Shown here one piece after another: positions 38,501 through 46,801 of a DNA stretch of 64,000 nucleotides. The notes beneath the pieces are model-generated. The model was given only the letters and a program-made list of their open reading frames with translations, was not told the DNA's origin and did no database searches. The position numbers and the translations under genes are program-made. Numbering within the stretch: position 1 is the first letter of the stretch; every line of letters starts with the position of its first letter. The DNA is from a virus. The stretch is taken from IMG/VR virus record IMGVR_UViG_3300024496_000012; one strand, given 5' to 3'.

Positions 38501-41500
38501 AGAACTTGTTTCTGTGTTCAACTACTACGGTTACGCAGGTTATCTAGCAGAATACGGTGGACGTATACGTGCTACTAACGGTAACTCATCATATGGTACA
38601 TATGGTGTTATCGCAGAAGGTGTTGATACCTACGAAACACCTCTATATGGTACCGTTAATAACTCGTACTTCCAAGCGCAGATGACTAACGTAGTCACTG
38701 ACCTAAACAACAAAGTTCTACGTATCGAATACGGTAATGCAGGTCAGAACTACACTAACTCTGTAACAACAATCAGCGGCAGCGGATTTAACGCAGCAGC
38801 TATGCATGATGAGTTCCGTGACGGTGCATTATTTGAATCAAGAATCATTGATTTAAATGATGGTAATGGTTACGGTGGTACTAGCTATGTAACTTTTGCT
38901 AACGCAGCACAAACCGGTGACAGATACAGCATCACAATCGCTGCTACTGACACTAGCCTAAGTTCTGCGTACATTGGAATGAGAATCCAAGTTACTGCAG
39001 GTACTGGCGTCGGACAATACGGAAATATCCTAACATACAACAACGGTTCTAAGATTGCTCAGGTCTATAAAGATTCGTTTAATAACGTAACAATCACTGC
39101 CACAACACAAGGTACTCCAAGTACAGTGACAGTCAGTGATACAAGCCAGATGTATGCTACAATGCCGTTCTACGTAGCTTCTACAGTAGGTGGATTGAGC
39201 TCAGGACAGGTTTACTTTGTACAGAGCGTTGTAAACTCTACAACAATCAACGTTAGTGCAACTAGCGGTGGCGGTGCTCTTACATCAGCGATCACAACTA
39301 CAACAGGTCAAAGCGTGACATTGTATGCAGCTGGTTGGGATCATACTGTTTCAGGAACACCAATCGTAGCAGCACTTGACCTAACAACAACATACATTAT
39401 TGAACCTCGCATTAGCTACACAGCACCTGGATATGCTGCTACAGCAAGAACATTGCCTGCAACAGCTACATGGTCTAATATGGCCTATGGTTCGGGCAAC
39501 TATGTCGCTATCGCATCAGGTGGTACATCAACAGCTTACTCAACAGATGGAGTAACATGGTCCGCAGGCGGCGCACTACCAAGTTCACAGACATGGGGAC
39601 AGGTAGTTTATGCTGGTGGTGAAGGTGCAACAGCAACAGCAACACTAGGCGGTTTTGGCGGTTCTGGAGCAGTTTTAAGTGTACAACTAGGAACAGCCGG
39701 CAACGTCATCGCTGGTGCAGACCAAGTTCTAAGCGTAACAGTGGTCCAAGGCGGTACTGGATATACAAGTCCTCCAACAATCTTGTTTAGCGGCGGCAGC
39801 GGAAGTGGTACACAAGCCACAGCAGTCTTGCTCAATGGCACTATTGTTTCTGTGACTGTAACAGTTCCAGGTTCTGGATACACATCAGCTCCAACAGCAA
39901 CAGCCTACACTGGCACAGTGACTGGTTACACCATGGTGTCTTATGGTAAGAACTACTTCTCAACACCAACAGTAACAGTTAGCGATCCATTCAACGGAAG
40001 TGCATGGACATCAGGTGGTTCTGCTGTGTTGAATACTATCTATTATTTCAACAACAGTGGTATCAAGAACTTCTATACATGTACAGGTGCTGGAACATTT
40101 ACTACATCAGGACCGATACATCAAAGCGGTGCTGCATCAAACGGTACAGCAACTCTAACATATATTGGTACAACAGCTACAGCAGCGGCAGTCACAAATA
40201 GCGGAACAAATCCAAACTTGCCAGGTGTGACATCTATCACATTTGGTACAAATGGTACTGGCGGTTATGGTTACACTTCAGTACCTACAGTGACTATCAC
40301 AGATGCTACTGCAAGATTTGTCGCGATATCAACTGCTAGCACAAACAGTGCATATGCAGTACCAAGCAACCTAGGTGCTGCTTGGGCAGGCGGCGGAGCT
40401 CTTCCATCGACTAGCACAGCAGGTCTAACCTATGGCGGTGGTATCTTAGTAACCTGTGGTGGAACAGCTCTAGCATCAACATCAAGCGATGGTGGTGCAA
40501 CATGGGTATCACGTACACTACCAACACTAGGTGCAGGAACTTATGTTTCTGTACACTACGGTAATGCTATATTCTTAGCACTAGGATCACAAGGTCAGAC
40601 AGCTACATCGAGCAATGGTGTAAGCTGGACAGCACAGGGAACTATTCCAGGTTCTATTACAAACTGGGCTTCAATGGCCTATGGTAATGGTAGATTTGTT
40701 GCTATCGCAGGCGGCCAAGGTGGCTCAGCAAACAGAAACGTTGCCTACACAATCGATAACGGTGTTACATGGTATCTAAGTCCAAACGGAATGCCAGCAA
40801 GCGCAGTATGGACAAGGATCCGTTATGGTGCAGGTCTATTCTTTGCCACAGCAGAAGGCACAAATCAGTGTGCTACAAGCCCAGACGGTATTACATGGAC
40901 ACTACGCACACTACCTAGCTCAAGCAACTGGGTATCTTGTGCATTTGGTAACACTAACAAGCGTCCATTATGGGCAGCTATTTCACGCACCAGCGGTACA
41001 GTAGCAGCCAGCATCCGTACAGGAGCTCAAGCAACTGGTCGTGTAAAAGTAGTATCAGGCGTAGTAACAGAAGTCCGTATGCTAGAACCAGGCTCTGGTT
41101 ATCCATATGGAACTATCAGTGCTACCGCAGCAACTACTAATGTTATTACAGCAGACAACGTTGCTCTACTAGTTGACAGTCAACCAATCGAGTTTACTGG
41201 TGTAAGCACAGGCGGATTGACTGAAAACGTCACATACTATGTGATTGGTTCAACTATCTCTGGTAATACATTCAAGGTCAGTGCAACACAAGGTTCAGCA
41301 ACACCTGTTACATTAACTGCTGCAACAGGATTAACAGGAACTTATCGTGCAGGCCCGATCTACACACTAACTGATCCTAACAAGGTCAAGACTGCGGCAC
41401 TACGTATGCGTATGGCTGATGGATCTTTAGGCAATCCAAGCTTCACTAACAGAGGTACCAATAACACTACAGCTACAGCAGTGGCACTTGGTGATGGTTT

Positions 41501-42302
41501 CTCAGATCTATATCAACCAAGCACATTTATCAATGTCGCTGGCCTATATCAGATTCCAAAAGCCGGTGCAAACGTAGAGTTTGCAAATATTCCAAATACT
41601 TGGTACAAACTAGTTTCTGTAACCAACGTGCTAGGAATCGCAGGAAACTATACAGCTCAGTTACAGATCAACCCAAGTCTAACTGTGTACAATGCTCCTT
41701 CACAGGGAACATTGATTACTACAAGACTATTGTACTCACAGGTTCGTCTAACTGGTCATGACTTCCTGTACATTGGTACCGGTAACAAACAGAGAACAAA
41801 CTACCCATATGTTGATACTACTTTAGCGGTACAGGCTAACCAAAGTAACAGCTCAGGTGGCGGTCGTGTGTTCTTCACAAGTACTGACCAAGACGGTAAC
41901 TTTAACGTTGGTAACCTATTCGGAGTCCAACAGGCAACTGGTACTGCTACATTGAATGCTTCAGCGTTCAACCTAAGCGGTCTACAGAGCTTGCAGTTAG
42001 GTGCTGTTTCGATCGGTGTTGGTTCTGCAGTTATTACTCAGTTCTCAACAGACCCATACTTCACTGCTAATAGCGATAGTATTGTACCGACTCAACGTGC
42101 TATTAAGGCATATATCACTGCACAGATTGGTGGTGGTGCTAGCTCGTTGAACGTAAATACATTGACAGCAGGTGTTGTATACTTGGCTAACAATACGATA
42201 AGTACAACTACAGGAGTACAAATCAACGTTACAGCTAAGTTGAATTTCACAGGTGGCATTGACGGGGCACCCGTTGCACTTGGATTCTTTATGCAAAGAT
42301 AA
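32523..42302 (+). CDS. Giant multidomain virion/fibre protein B (3259 aa), paralogue of A
   Basis: Same N-terminal repeats, beta-helix, propeller and C-terminal domains as A; six (C)xRD(V/T)G.(I/V).D....D....N helical repeats. Confidence 0.85.
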   Translation: MAEFKLGRIKFVYQGTWQTGQSYVVDDVVTVSGKTYICVISHNSSAAFTTDLSANPSKWNLMADGLAWRGTWTATTYYNKGDLVKYGGIVYQCNTAHTSATFTGPTYLGLENDQSKWDVFSTAFNWTGAWATGTRYKKNDFVTYGGYTYICNTAHISDASSSNGLEVDQAKWDTFNAGVIYQGAWAGTTRYKLNDVVKYGADLWICTTQHTSSGTFDNTKFSMFVNGLQFENSWVGGTTYQIGDVVTYGGYSYICKQNHSTSQTPSAVSSAYWDVYTTGFSFQGDWNSGTSYKVGHVVRLGGYTYVATVDSLNQTPPNTSYWARLNSGLRWAATSGSYTGLSATNISSSGSSAVFTVTRAGTVYSATATTPGSGYAINDTLKILGTSLGGLSPVNDVILTVTGVTSGGITAVSCTGISTTWTSGTTYVLGDVTFWGSSSYICVSAHVAATGNRPDNDTTATYWNLLANGTETAVLTTKGDMFYYGPNGATRLPVGTDGQVLRVNSNSYPAWAYYGQINNLVWVAPSGVDTLDDGTGTTIDKPWKSVRYAAQKIEEGYLNRQAGLLLAKNKQFVLKEIDNFVQYTYKATITSTNASNQFVAADTGGLRVNMPVVFTTTIGGVTVGTQYYIKTIDSSTLFTISNTRGGSTRTLTQQTGAQTVSYNNVSAKTQRDTGYVLDGIIFDITHSGTSKTIANASAYYTSAGTAYATNVDAGEITVFTETHEYLKTLVANILGNVPPANNYQTLNGISVGSQALQIIDNTLTAETGTTQSAQDLIQVIKAGVSAGTATGIPTPIQPTTTIRITTGTFNEVTPINIPSYTAIVGDELRTSVVQPASANKFLVNDETRSTAAIQRLRAIVPNLMSNTPVTPTTGNTVSQVTSLPAGSVGSTLATSRITKLADTVYDVFTNGINSLPDFQIPDPTNYGTSLTDTAYAATGYASGATTGFDLGRAQIIQNYAFLKADVSQYLINNYNSVWTALGATGQAKCQRDVGYILDAIVYDITYGGNTQSLIAGSSYYSYYQLTIANSELTATKAAYAYLKAQVSAIVTKTAVAAAGNVTPIVTTGTAGSAAAAAFAGDRVQNVYDWLNNGTAPATVQPATSWVSASLVAARAALQARRSEIAADASAWVKKFFQNVNFVEATCQRDVGLMVDAFGYDLMFNSNYASIVAGMSYSRSLTSTAKVTGSQFQAQQGFIEFLKSKCRIIAASGSAAQVDACLYDLISTINNGGVPRFQWPDPSTINSGYAAAKMALYDNVEFLQAEVIAYIAANYPAVSYDSNICKRDVRYVIDALRYDLTYGGNFASTQAGKKYYSALTSTLQIASGEKAATLAAYGYLSTLAQSVAQNTLVASPLQGSVTQVRTKGTQTVGSAGAATQIGTLMTTITNIINNGLTTGVPTLTITAIASGNTFTSNGHGLAVGDMITAQTTTNGLIAGTIYYVQSFATNTFTLSSSYLGAALSGFTNGTGLTITVEKTNMPSITGVSTELQTAYQTLSGAKAAIQAAVLSFINTNYSTLTYNQATCSRDVGFIIDSIAYDFMFNSNFRSVVSGRTYYTSQASLVIAGQKEATISAMNYLKTQIAASVYSSTTAQTRANNLMDIIIKILTTGIGTAATAELSPEINGTVTYENTLATIQGAEILRANSDFIAAELAAFTTVNNSATVTNTTVSTNVITTSTAHNLVVGDPVQFSAVTINATATQTFASTDGVRPNQILVTSTAGMVVNMPIIFTGTVFGGITQNSTYYIKSLPGGNYITISSVSGGTTTNLTAGTGSTAFTAGGLFGNLVANTVYWVLTTPSTTTFTVTATNGSSQPFSLTTASGVATSFYYFDQAKCKRDTAEYVKALVYDLQYTGNYKTLQAAMWYNNSVTGSTAQDMFRVRNATGLRNCTLNGLYGPYGGLTNANSYGTKRPTAGAFVALDPGFGPNDTNVWVTNRSHYSQNVTMFGTGCTGAKIDAALHNGGNKSMVKNDFTTILSDGIGVWCTGSGSLTELVSVFNYYGYAGYLAEYGGRIRATNGNSSYGTYGVIAEGVDTYETPLYGTVNNSYFQAQMTNVVTDLNNKVLRIEYGNAGQNYTNSVTTISGSGFNAAAMHDEFRDGALFESRIIDLNDGNGYGGTSYVTFANAAQTGDRYSITIAATDTSLSSAYIGMRIQVTAGTGVGQYGNILTYNNGSKIAQVYKDSFNNVTITATTQGTPSTVTVSDTSQMYATMPFYVASTVGGLSSGQVYFVQSVVNSTTINVSATSGGGALTSAITTTTGQSVTLYAAGWDHTVSGTPIVAALDLTTTYIIEPRISYTAPGYAATARTLPATATWSNMAYGSGNYVAIASGGTSTAYSTDGVTWSAGGALPSSQTWGQVVYAGGEGATATATLGGFGGSGAVLSVQLGTAGNVIAGADQVLSVTVVQGGTGYTSPPTILFSGGSGSGTQATAVLLNGTIVSVTVTVPGSGYTSAPTATAYTGTVTGYTMVSYGKNYFSTPTVTVSDPFNGSAWTSGGSAVLNTIYYFNNSGIKNFYTCTGAGTFTTSGPIHQSGAASNGTATLTYIGTTATAAAVTNSGTNPNLPGVTSITFGTNGTGGYGYTSVPTVTITDATARFVAISTASTNSAYAVPSNLGAAWAGGGALPSTSTAGLTYGGGILVTCGGTALASTSSDGGATWVSRTLPTLGAGTYVSVHYGNAIFLALGSQGQTATSSNGVSWTAQGTIPGSITNWASMAYGNGRFVAIAGGQGGSANRNVAYTIDNGVTWYLSPNGMPASAVWTRIRYGAGLFFATAEGTNQCATSPDGITWTLRTLPSSSNWVSCAFGNTNKRPLWAAISRTSGTVAASIRTGAQATGRVKVVSGVVTEVRMLEPGSGYPYGTISATAATTNVITADNVALLVDSQPIEFTGVSTGGLTENVTYYVIGSTISGNTFKVSATQGSATPVTLTAATGLTGTYRAGPIYTLTDPNKVKTAALRMRMADGSLGNPSFTNRGTNNTTATAVALGDGFSDLYQPSTFINVAGLYQIPKAGANVEFANIPNTWYKLVSVTNVLGIAGNYTAQLQINPSLTVYNAPSQGTLITTRLLYSQVRLTGHDFLYIGTGNKQRTNYPYVDTTLAVQANQSNSSGGGRVFFTSTDQDGNFNVGNLFGVQQATGTATLNASAFNLSGLQSLQLGAVSIGVGSAVITQFSTDPYFTANSDSIVPTQRAIKAYITAQIGGGASSLNVNTLTAGVVYLANNTISTTTGVQINVTAKLNFTGGIDGAPVALGFFMQR

Positions 42303-42318
42303 TATTGGAGAAAATTAA

Positions 42319-42639
42319 ATGGCAACAGGAAGATTAGGAAATACATCCCCAGGGGCTTCGACAAATACCACATTGTACACGGTTCCGACAGGATATTACA
42401 CAGTAGCAAACGTTTCGTTTACTAACACGAATGCTACATCAGTTACAGTACGTCTAGCTATGGCTAGTACAACTAGCCCTACCAGCTCAGAATGGATCGA
42501 ATGGGGAACCACAATCGTTCCAAACGGTGTTCTAGAACGTACTGGTCTAGTTCTACAACCAGGGTTAAACCTAGTAGGATGGTGTAGCAGCACTGGTGTA
42601 AACGTTACAGTCTACGGTATTGAAACATCTACAACTTAA
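42319..42639 (+). CDS. Small beta-sandwich virion protein
   Basis: MATGRLG...N.NA..VTVRLA...LERTGLVL; paralogue of 18260 and 23041. Confidence 0.65.
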   Translation: MATGRLGNTSPGASTNTTLYTVPTGYYTVANVSFTNTNATSVTVRLAMASTTSPTSSEWIEWGTTIVPNGVLERTGLVLQPGLNLVGWCSSTGVNVTVYGIETSTT

Positions 42640-42653
42640 TGTGAGATAGAAAA

Positions 42654-43409
42654 ATGGCAAGATATAATACAGTTTATAATACTACATCAGTATCGGGATC
42701 AACATCAATTTCGTCTCCCGTACAAGGTCTGACCACGACGATTACAGGAGCAGGTGGTGTTACCATTACTGTACCAAGTCCTGTATTATTTGCCGGCTAT
42801 ACTCAGACTTACTATAATGCTACTAGCGGTAGCATCACATTAAGCTCACCAAGCGGAATATTTACAGGTCCAGCATCTAGCGGTACAGCTAACCAAACAG
42901 TGCCAAGTCAAACTACGATGACGATCACAGCAGATGGTACTAACTATGTGTTGGCTAACATCGAAGGTGGTGTATTGGTTGCTACAACTGGTACTTTCAG
43001 CGATAACGTTAATATGAACGGTTCTTTTGTAAGAGCCAGCTCAGCGTTTTCTACAGTTGGTTCTAACCAGTACGACCTAACAACCGCAGGTTATGTAAAA
43101 GCTAGATACGGTAACGATTGGCAGGTTATTACAACAGGTTATACCGCTGTTGCAGGTGATCGTATCATGTGCAATACTTCCGGTGGTGGTTTTACTGTTA
43201 CACTTCCATCAGCACCTAACAGAGGTGATTCTGTACATTTTATCGATTATTCAAGAACATTTAACACACAAAACTTAACTGTAAATAATAACGGTAACAG
43301 AATCATGGGTATTTTAGATACCATGACAGTTTCCACAGCAGGTGCAGCATTCCAGTTAGTTTATTCAGGAGCAAGTAACCCAGGATGGTTAATGGCTCAG
43401 GGTATTTAA
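42654..43409 (+). CDS. Short tail-fibre-associated structural protein
   Basis: YTAVAGDRIMCNTSGGGFTVTLPSAP..GD.V.FID...W motif of phage fibre connector domains. Confidence 0.7.
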   Translation: MARYNTVYNTTSVSGSTSISSPVQGLTTTITGAGGVTITVPSPVLFAGYTQTYYNATSGSITLSSPSGIFTGPASSGTANQTVPSQTTMTITADGTNYVLANIEGGVLVATTGTFSDNVNMNGSFVRASSAFSTVGSNQYDLTTAGYVKARYGNDWQVITTGYTAVAGDRIMCNTSGGGFTVTLPSAPNRGDSVHFIDYSRTFNTQNLTVNNNGNRIMGILDTMTVSTAGAAFQLVYSGASNPGWLMAQGI

Positions 43410-43421
43410 TAGAGGTCCGAA

Positions 43422-44273
43422 ATGCCGTTTGATTATCAAACACTTAAAAACATTAGTTCCGCAGCAATCATTGACGGCAGTGTCGCGACCGCAGATATCG
43501 GTGATACGCAGATCACTGCTGATCGTATACAAACAGGTGCAGTTTCATCTAGTAAGTTTGCTGCCAACGCAGTCAACACAACGACTGGTGTAGTCACAGG
43601 AACTTTACCTGTGAACAGAGGCGGTCGTGGAAGAACTGACCTAGGTAGCGCATACCAGGCTGTCTATTCAGACGGCAGTCAGCAAGTCAACTCCGACCAC
43701 GGTATCTATGGTATACAGGTTTTTACAGGTTCAGGAACATGGAACCGACCAACTAACGTCCGTTATATTCGAGTACAGTGCCAAGGCGGAGCAGGCGGTG
43801 GCTCGGGCCACGGAGAAGGTGGCGGCGCCGGAGGATACACAGAGCGTTTCTTAGATGTAACTGGCATTCCATCAGTATCTGTATATGTTGGTGGCGGTGG
43901 CGGTGGTACTTATTATTCTGGCGCAGGCGGAAATGGCGACTACGCAGGTTTTGGGCCATACTGCTCGGCAGGTGGCGGTCACGGAGCCAATAGACAGAAT
44001 CAGCACAGTGGCGGCGTTAGTGGCACAGGATCGGGTGGAAGTTTAAACATTTACCAAGGTGGTGGCCTAAGCCATCACGCTTACTCGGCACAAAGTTGTG
44101 CTGATACTTATTTTGGAGGCGGTGCCCCAAGTAGTCACCCACAGGGCGGCCACTTTGCGCATGTCCACCAAGGTCACTCAGCACCAGGCACAGGCGGCGC
44201 AGGCGCACACTTCCACGGACATAGAGGTTCAGACGGAAGACCGGGATTGGTTTTAGTCACAATGTATTATTAA
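43422..44273 (+). CDS. Gly/His-rich fibre-tip/adhesin-like protein 1
   Basis: MPFDYQTLK start, FTGSGTW, GGxGG repeats, HPQGGHFAHVHQGH, GSDGRPG. Confidence 0.75.
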   Translation: MPFDYQTLKNISSAAIIDGSVATADIGDTQITADRIQTGAVSSSKFAANAVNTTTGVVTGTLPVNRGGRGRTDLGSAYQAVYSDGSQQVNSDHGIYGIQVFTGSGTWNRPTNVRYIRVQCQGGAGGGSGHGEGGGAGGYTERFLDVTGIPSVSVYVGGGGGGTYYSGAGGNGDYAGFGPYCSAGGGHGANRQNQHSGGVSGTGSGGSLNIYQGGGLSHHAYSAQSCADTYFGGGAPSSHPQGGHFAHVHQGHSAPGTGGAGAHFHGHRGSDGRPGLVLVTMYY

Positions 44274-44287
44274 TAAGAGAGTAGAAA

Positions 44288-45145
44288 ATGCCATTTGATT
44301 ATCAGACACTGAAAAATATTAGTAATGCAGCGTTTCAAAGCGGAGCTATTACTGGTAGCGATATCGGTGCTTCACAGATTACAACTTCAAAATATCAAAC
44401 AGGATCATTAACAGCTAACGAACTAGGAACAAGCTCAGTAGATCTCGCCAGCGGCACAGTTACAGGTGTTACTCCCTATACTAGGGGCGGTACAGGTTTG
44501 AGTGGTGTCGGTGGCGCATATCAAATTCTTACAACCAACAGCAGCACAAACGCATTGACATGGGCAAACCATGGTATCTATAGAATGGTTGTATTCACTG
44601 GATCAGGAACATATACTCCAGCAGCTGGCGTAAGATATGTTTGGGTACAGGTTCAAGGAGCCGGCGGCGGCGCTGGTGGTCACGGTGAATCCGGTGCAGC
44701 AGGAGGATATGCTGAAAGAATTGTCAGCATGGTTGGAGTCCCTTCTGTCTCAGTTTATGTTGGCGGTGGTGGCGGTGGTACATATTACAACAATGCAGGC
44801 GGTAATGGAGACTACGCAGGTTTTGGTCCTTATGTATCGGCGAGCGGCGGCCACGGAGCATGCCGCCAAAATAACCATAATGGCGGTGTAAGCGGAGTAG
44901 GATCTGGCGGTAATTTTAACATCCATACAGGATCTGGTGGCGGCCACGAACAGCGTTCGTCGGGCATGGGAGGTTCAAGTTTCTGGGGAGGCCCAGCACC
45001 TGCAGGACACCCGCAAGGAGGACACTTTAGCCATATCCATCAAGGTCACGCAGCACCGGGCACAGGTGGCACAGCAGGATACTTTAGTGGACACAGAGGT
45101 TCAGATGGACGTCCCGGACTTGTAGTTATAACAGAGTTTTATTAA
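44288..45145 (+). CDS. Gly/His-rich fibre-tip/adhesin-like protein 2
   Basis: Paralogue with HPQGGHFSHIHQGH. Confidence 0.75.
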   Translation: MPFDYQTLKNISNAAFQSGAITGSDIGASQITTSKYQTGSLTANELGTSSVDLASGTVTGVTPYTRGGTGLSGVGGAYQILTTNSSTNALTWANHGIYRMVVFTGSGTYTPAAGVRYVWVQVQGAGGGAGGHGESGAAGGYAERIVSMVGVPSVSVYVGGGGGGTYYNNAGGNGDYAGFGPYVSASGGHGACRQNNHNGGVSGVGSGGNFNIHTGSGGGHEQRSSGMGGSSFWGGPAPAGHPQGGHFSHIHQGHAAPGTGGTAGYFSGHRGSDGRPGLVVITEFY

Positions 45146-45157
45146 TGGGAAGAGAAA

Positions 45158-46018
45158 ATGCCATTTGATTATCAAACACTCAAACAGATTAACAGTTCTG
45201 CGATCATAGACGGAACGATCCAGACAGCTAGTATTGCGTCTAGGACCATTCCTACATCAGATCTTGCAGACTCAAATATCACTGCTTCTCAGCTAGCTAA
45301 TAGCTCAGTAGACTTAGGCAGTGGTATAGTCACAGGAACAATGCCTGTGGGTAAAGGCGGTACAGCAATAACCAGCGTCGGCAGCGCAAATACAGTTTTA
45401 AGAACAAACTCAGCAGCAAACGGCTATGAATATGCTACAGTTGGCCCAAACAGTATTTCGGTATTTACATCAGGTGGTACATGGAACAGACCTGCTGGCG
45501 TAAGATACATTCGTATTAAATGCCAAGGCGCAGGTGGTGGCGGTGGCGGACATGGTGAGTCGGGTGCTGCGGGCGGTTATGCCGAACGTGTACTTGAAGT
45601 AGCAGTCAACAATATTAACTCCGTGTCAGTTTATGTCGGCGGCGGCGGCGGTGGCACATACTACAACAATGCAGGTGGTAATGGAGATTATGCTGGTTTT
45701 GGTCCTTATGTGTCGGCAGGCGGCGGGCACGGTGCTTGTCGTCAAAACAACCACAGCGGTGGTGTTAGTGGCAACGGATCAGGTGGAGACTTAAACATAC
45801 ACCAAGGTGGCGGTGGCGCACACCATCATAGTTTTGGTCCAGGCGGAACAAGTCACTTCGGTGGCCCTGCTCCTAGTGGACACCCACAAGGTGGGCATTT
45901 TAGTCACAATCACCAAACTCATGCAGCCCCAGGAACAGGCGGAACTGGTGGTTATTTCCACGGACACCGCGGTAGTGACGGTCGTCCAGGTATTGTTGTA
46001 GTTGAAGAATATAGATAA
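45158..46018 (+). CDS. Gly/His-rich fibre-tip/adhesin-like protein 3
   Basis: Paralogue with HPQGGHFSHNHQTH. Confidence 0.75.
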   Translation: MPFDYQTLKQINSSAIIDGTIQTASIASRTIPTSDLADSNITASQLANSSVDLGSGIVTGTMPVGKGGTAITSVGSANTVLRTNSAANGYEYATVGPNSISVFTSGGTWNRPAGVRYIRIKCQGAGGGGGGHGESGAAGGYAERVLEVAVNNINSVSVYVGGGGGGTYYNNAGGNGDYAGFGPYVSAGGGHGACRQNNHSGGVSGNGSGGDLNIHQGGGGAHHHSFGPGGTSHFGGPAPSGHPQGGHFSHNHQTHAAPGTGGTGGYFHGHRGSDGRPGIVVVEEYR

Positions 46019-46025
46019 TCAGGAG

Positions 46026-46033
46026 TATAAATA
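46026..46033 (+). promoter_or_regulatory. Perfect T4 late box TATAAATA
   Basis: 5 nt before ATG 46039. Confidence 0.7.
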
Positions 46034-46038
46034 ACACT

Positions 46039-46701
46039 ATGAAGAAAGCACTTGTATCATATCAAGGATATGTCAGCAAAATCGTTGATCCGGGCGAGGA
46101 AGGTCCTTTATACGAAGGCCCAGACGCAACGATCATGTGGGTAGATGCTCCGGACAATATCCAAATGGACTGGACACTAGAATGGAGTCCTAGTCAACAA
46201 ATCATGGTTTGGGTTGAAAGAGATGGCCCTCATACAGACAACGGCGTTGCACGTAGAGTAGCCTACGGCGAGATCGGCGCCCAGCTAGGTCTAATCTTTG
46301 ATGCTATCAAAGAACACGGAGTTTTAGATACTAACAGCGATTGGTATAAACATCAGCTATTAGTTAAATCGTTGATTCCTAAGCCAGTGCCACAGCCAAG
46401 TTACGGAAGTCTTGAAGAAATGGCTGCTGCTATGCAAAACCAAGAACCATCACCAGATCTTCCTAGCACTGCTTGTACACCAGATATACAATCATGGAAG
46501 CGTTATCCCGGTTGGAAGGGCTATGAAGGCGAAAAAATGCCTATTCCAGCAGGCGCAAAAATGAATGACAATGGGTGGTTATATTCTGCAACTGGTGAGA
46601 AGCTGCACATTGCCAGTTATTATGGCATCGTCAGCGAAACCGCAGCTAACGGCACCATTACATGGTACGGACCAGACGAGAATCCACTACCAAAAGTCTA
46701 A
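46039..46701 (+). CDS. Hypothetical protein, possible fibre assembly chaperone
   Basis: 220 aa directly after the Gly-rich trio; function inferred from position only. Confidence 0.55.
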   Translation: MKKALVSYQGYVSKIVDPGEEGPLYEGPDATIMWVDAPDNIQMDWTLEWSPSQQIMVWVERDGPHTDNGVARRVAYGEIGAQLGLIFDAIKEHGVLDTNSDWYKHQLLVKSLIPKPVPQPSYGSLEEMAAAMQNQEPSPDLPSTACTPDIQSWKRYPGWKGYEGEKMPIPAGAKMNDNGWLYSATGEKLHIASYYGIVSETAANGTITWYGPDENPLPKV

Positions 46702-46715
46702 TATTAGACACGATT

Positions 46716-46745
46716 AAAAAGGGCGAATCGTACTCGCCCTTTTTC
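46716..46745 (+). terminator. Rho-independent (possibly bidirectional) terminator
   Basis: AAAAAGGGCGA-ATCGTAC-TCGCCCTTTTT. Confidence 0.88.
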
Positions 46746-46767
46746 TATGATCACTTAAAACAATGAC

Positions 46768-46775
46768 CATAAATA
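46768..46775 (+). promoter_or_regulatory. Late promoter box CATAAATA heading the halogenase/oxygenase operon
   Basis: Between the terminator and ATG 46802. Confidence 0.6.
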
Positions 46776-46801
46776 GTTGACGTTAAACAAAGGGTTTTCT
46801 C

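Noticed and set aside
43422-46018. Diversity-generating retroelement target/template repeats in the three similar genes
   Set aside because: Differences are not adenine-specific, all three copies are full-length ORFs, and no reverse transcriptase is present in the window.
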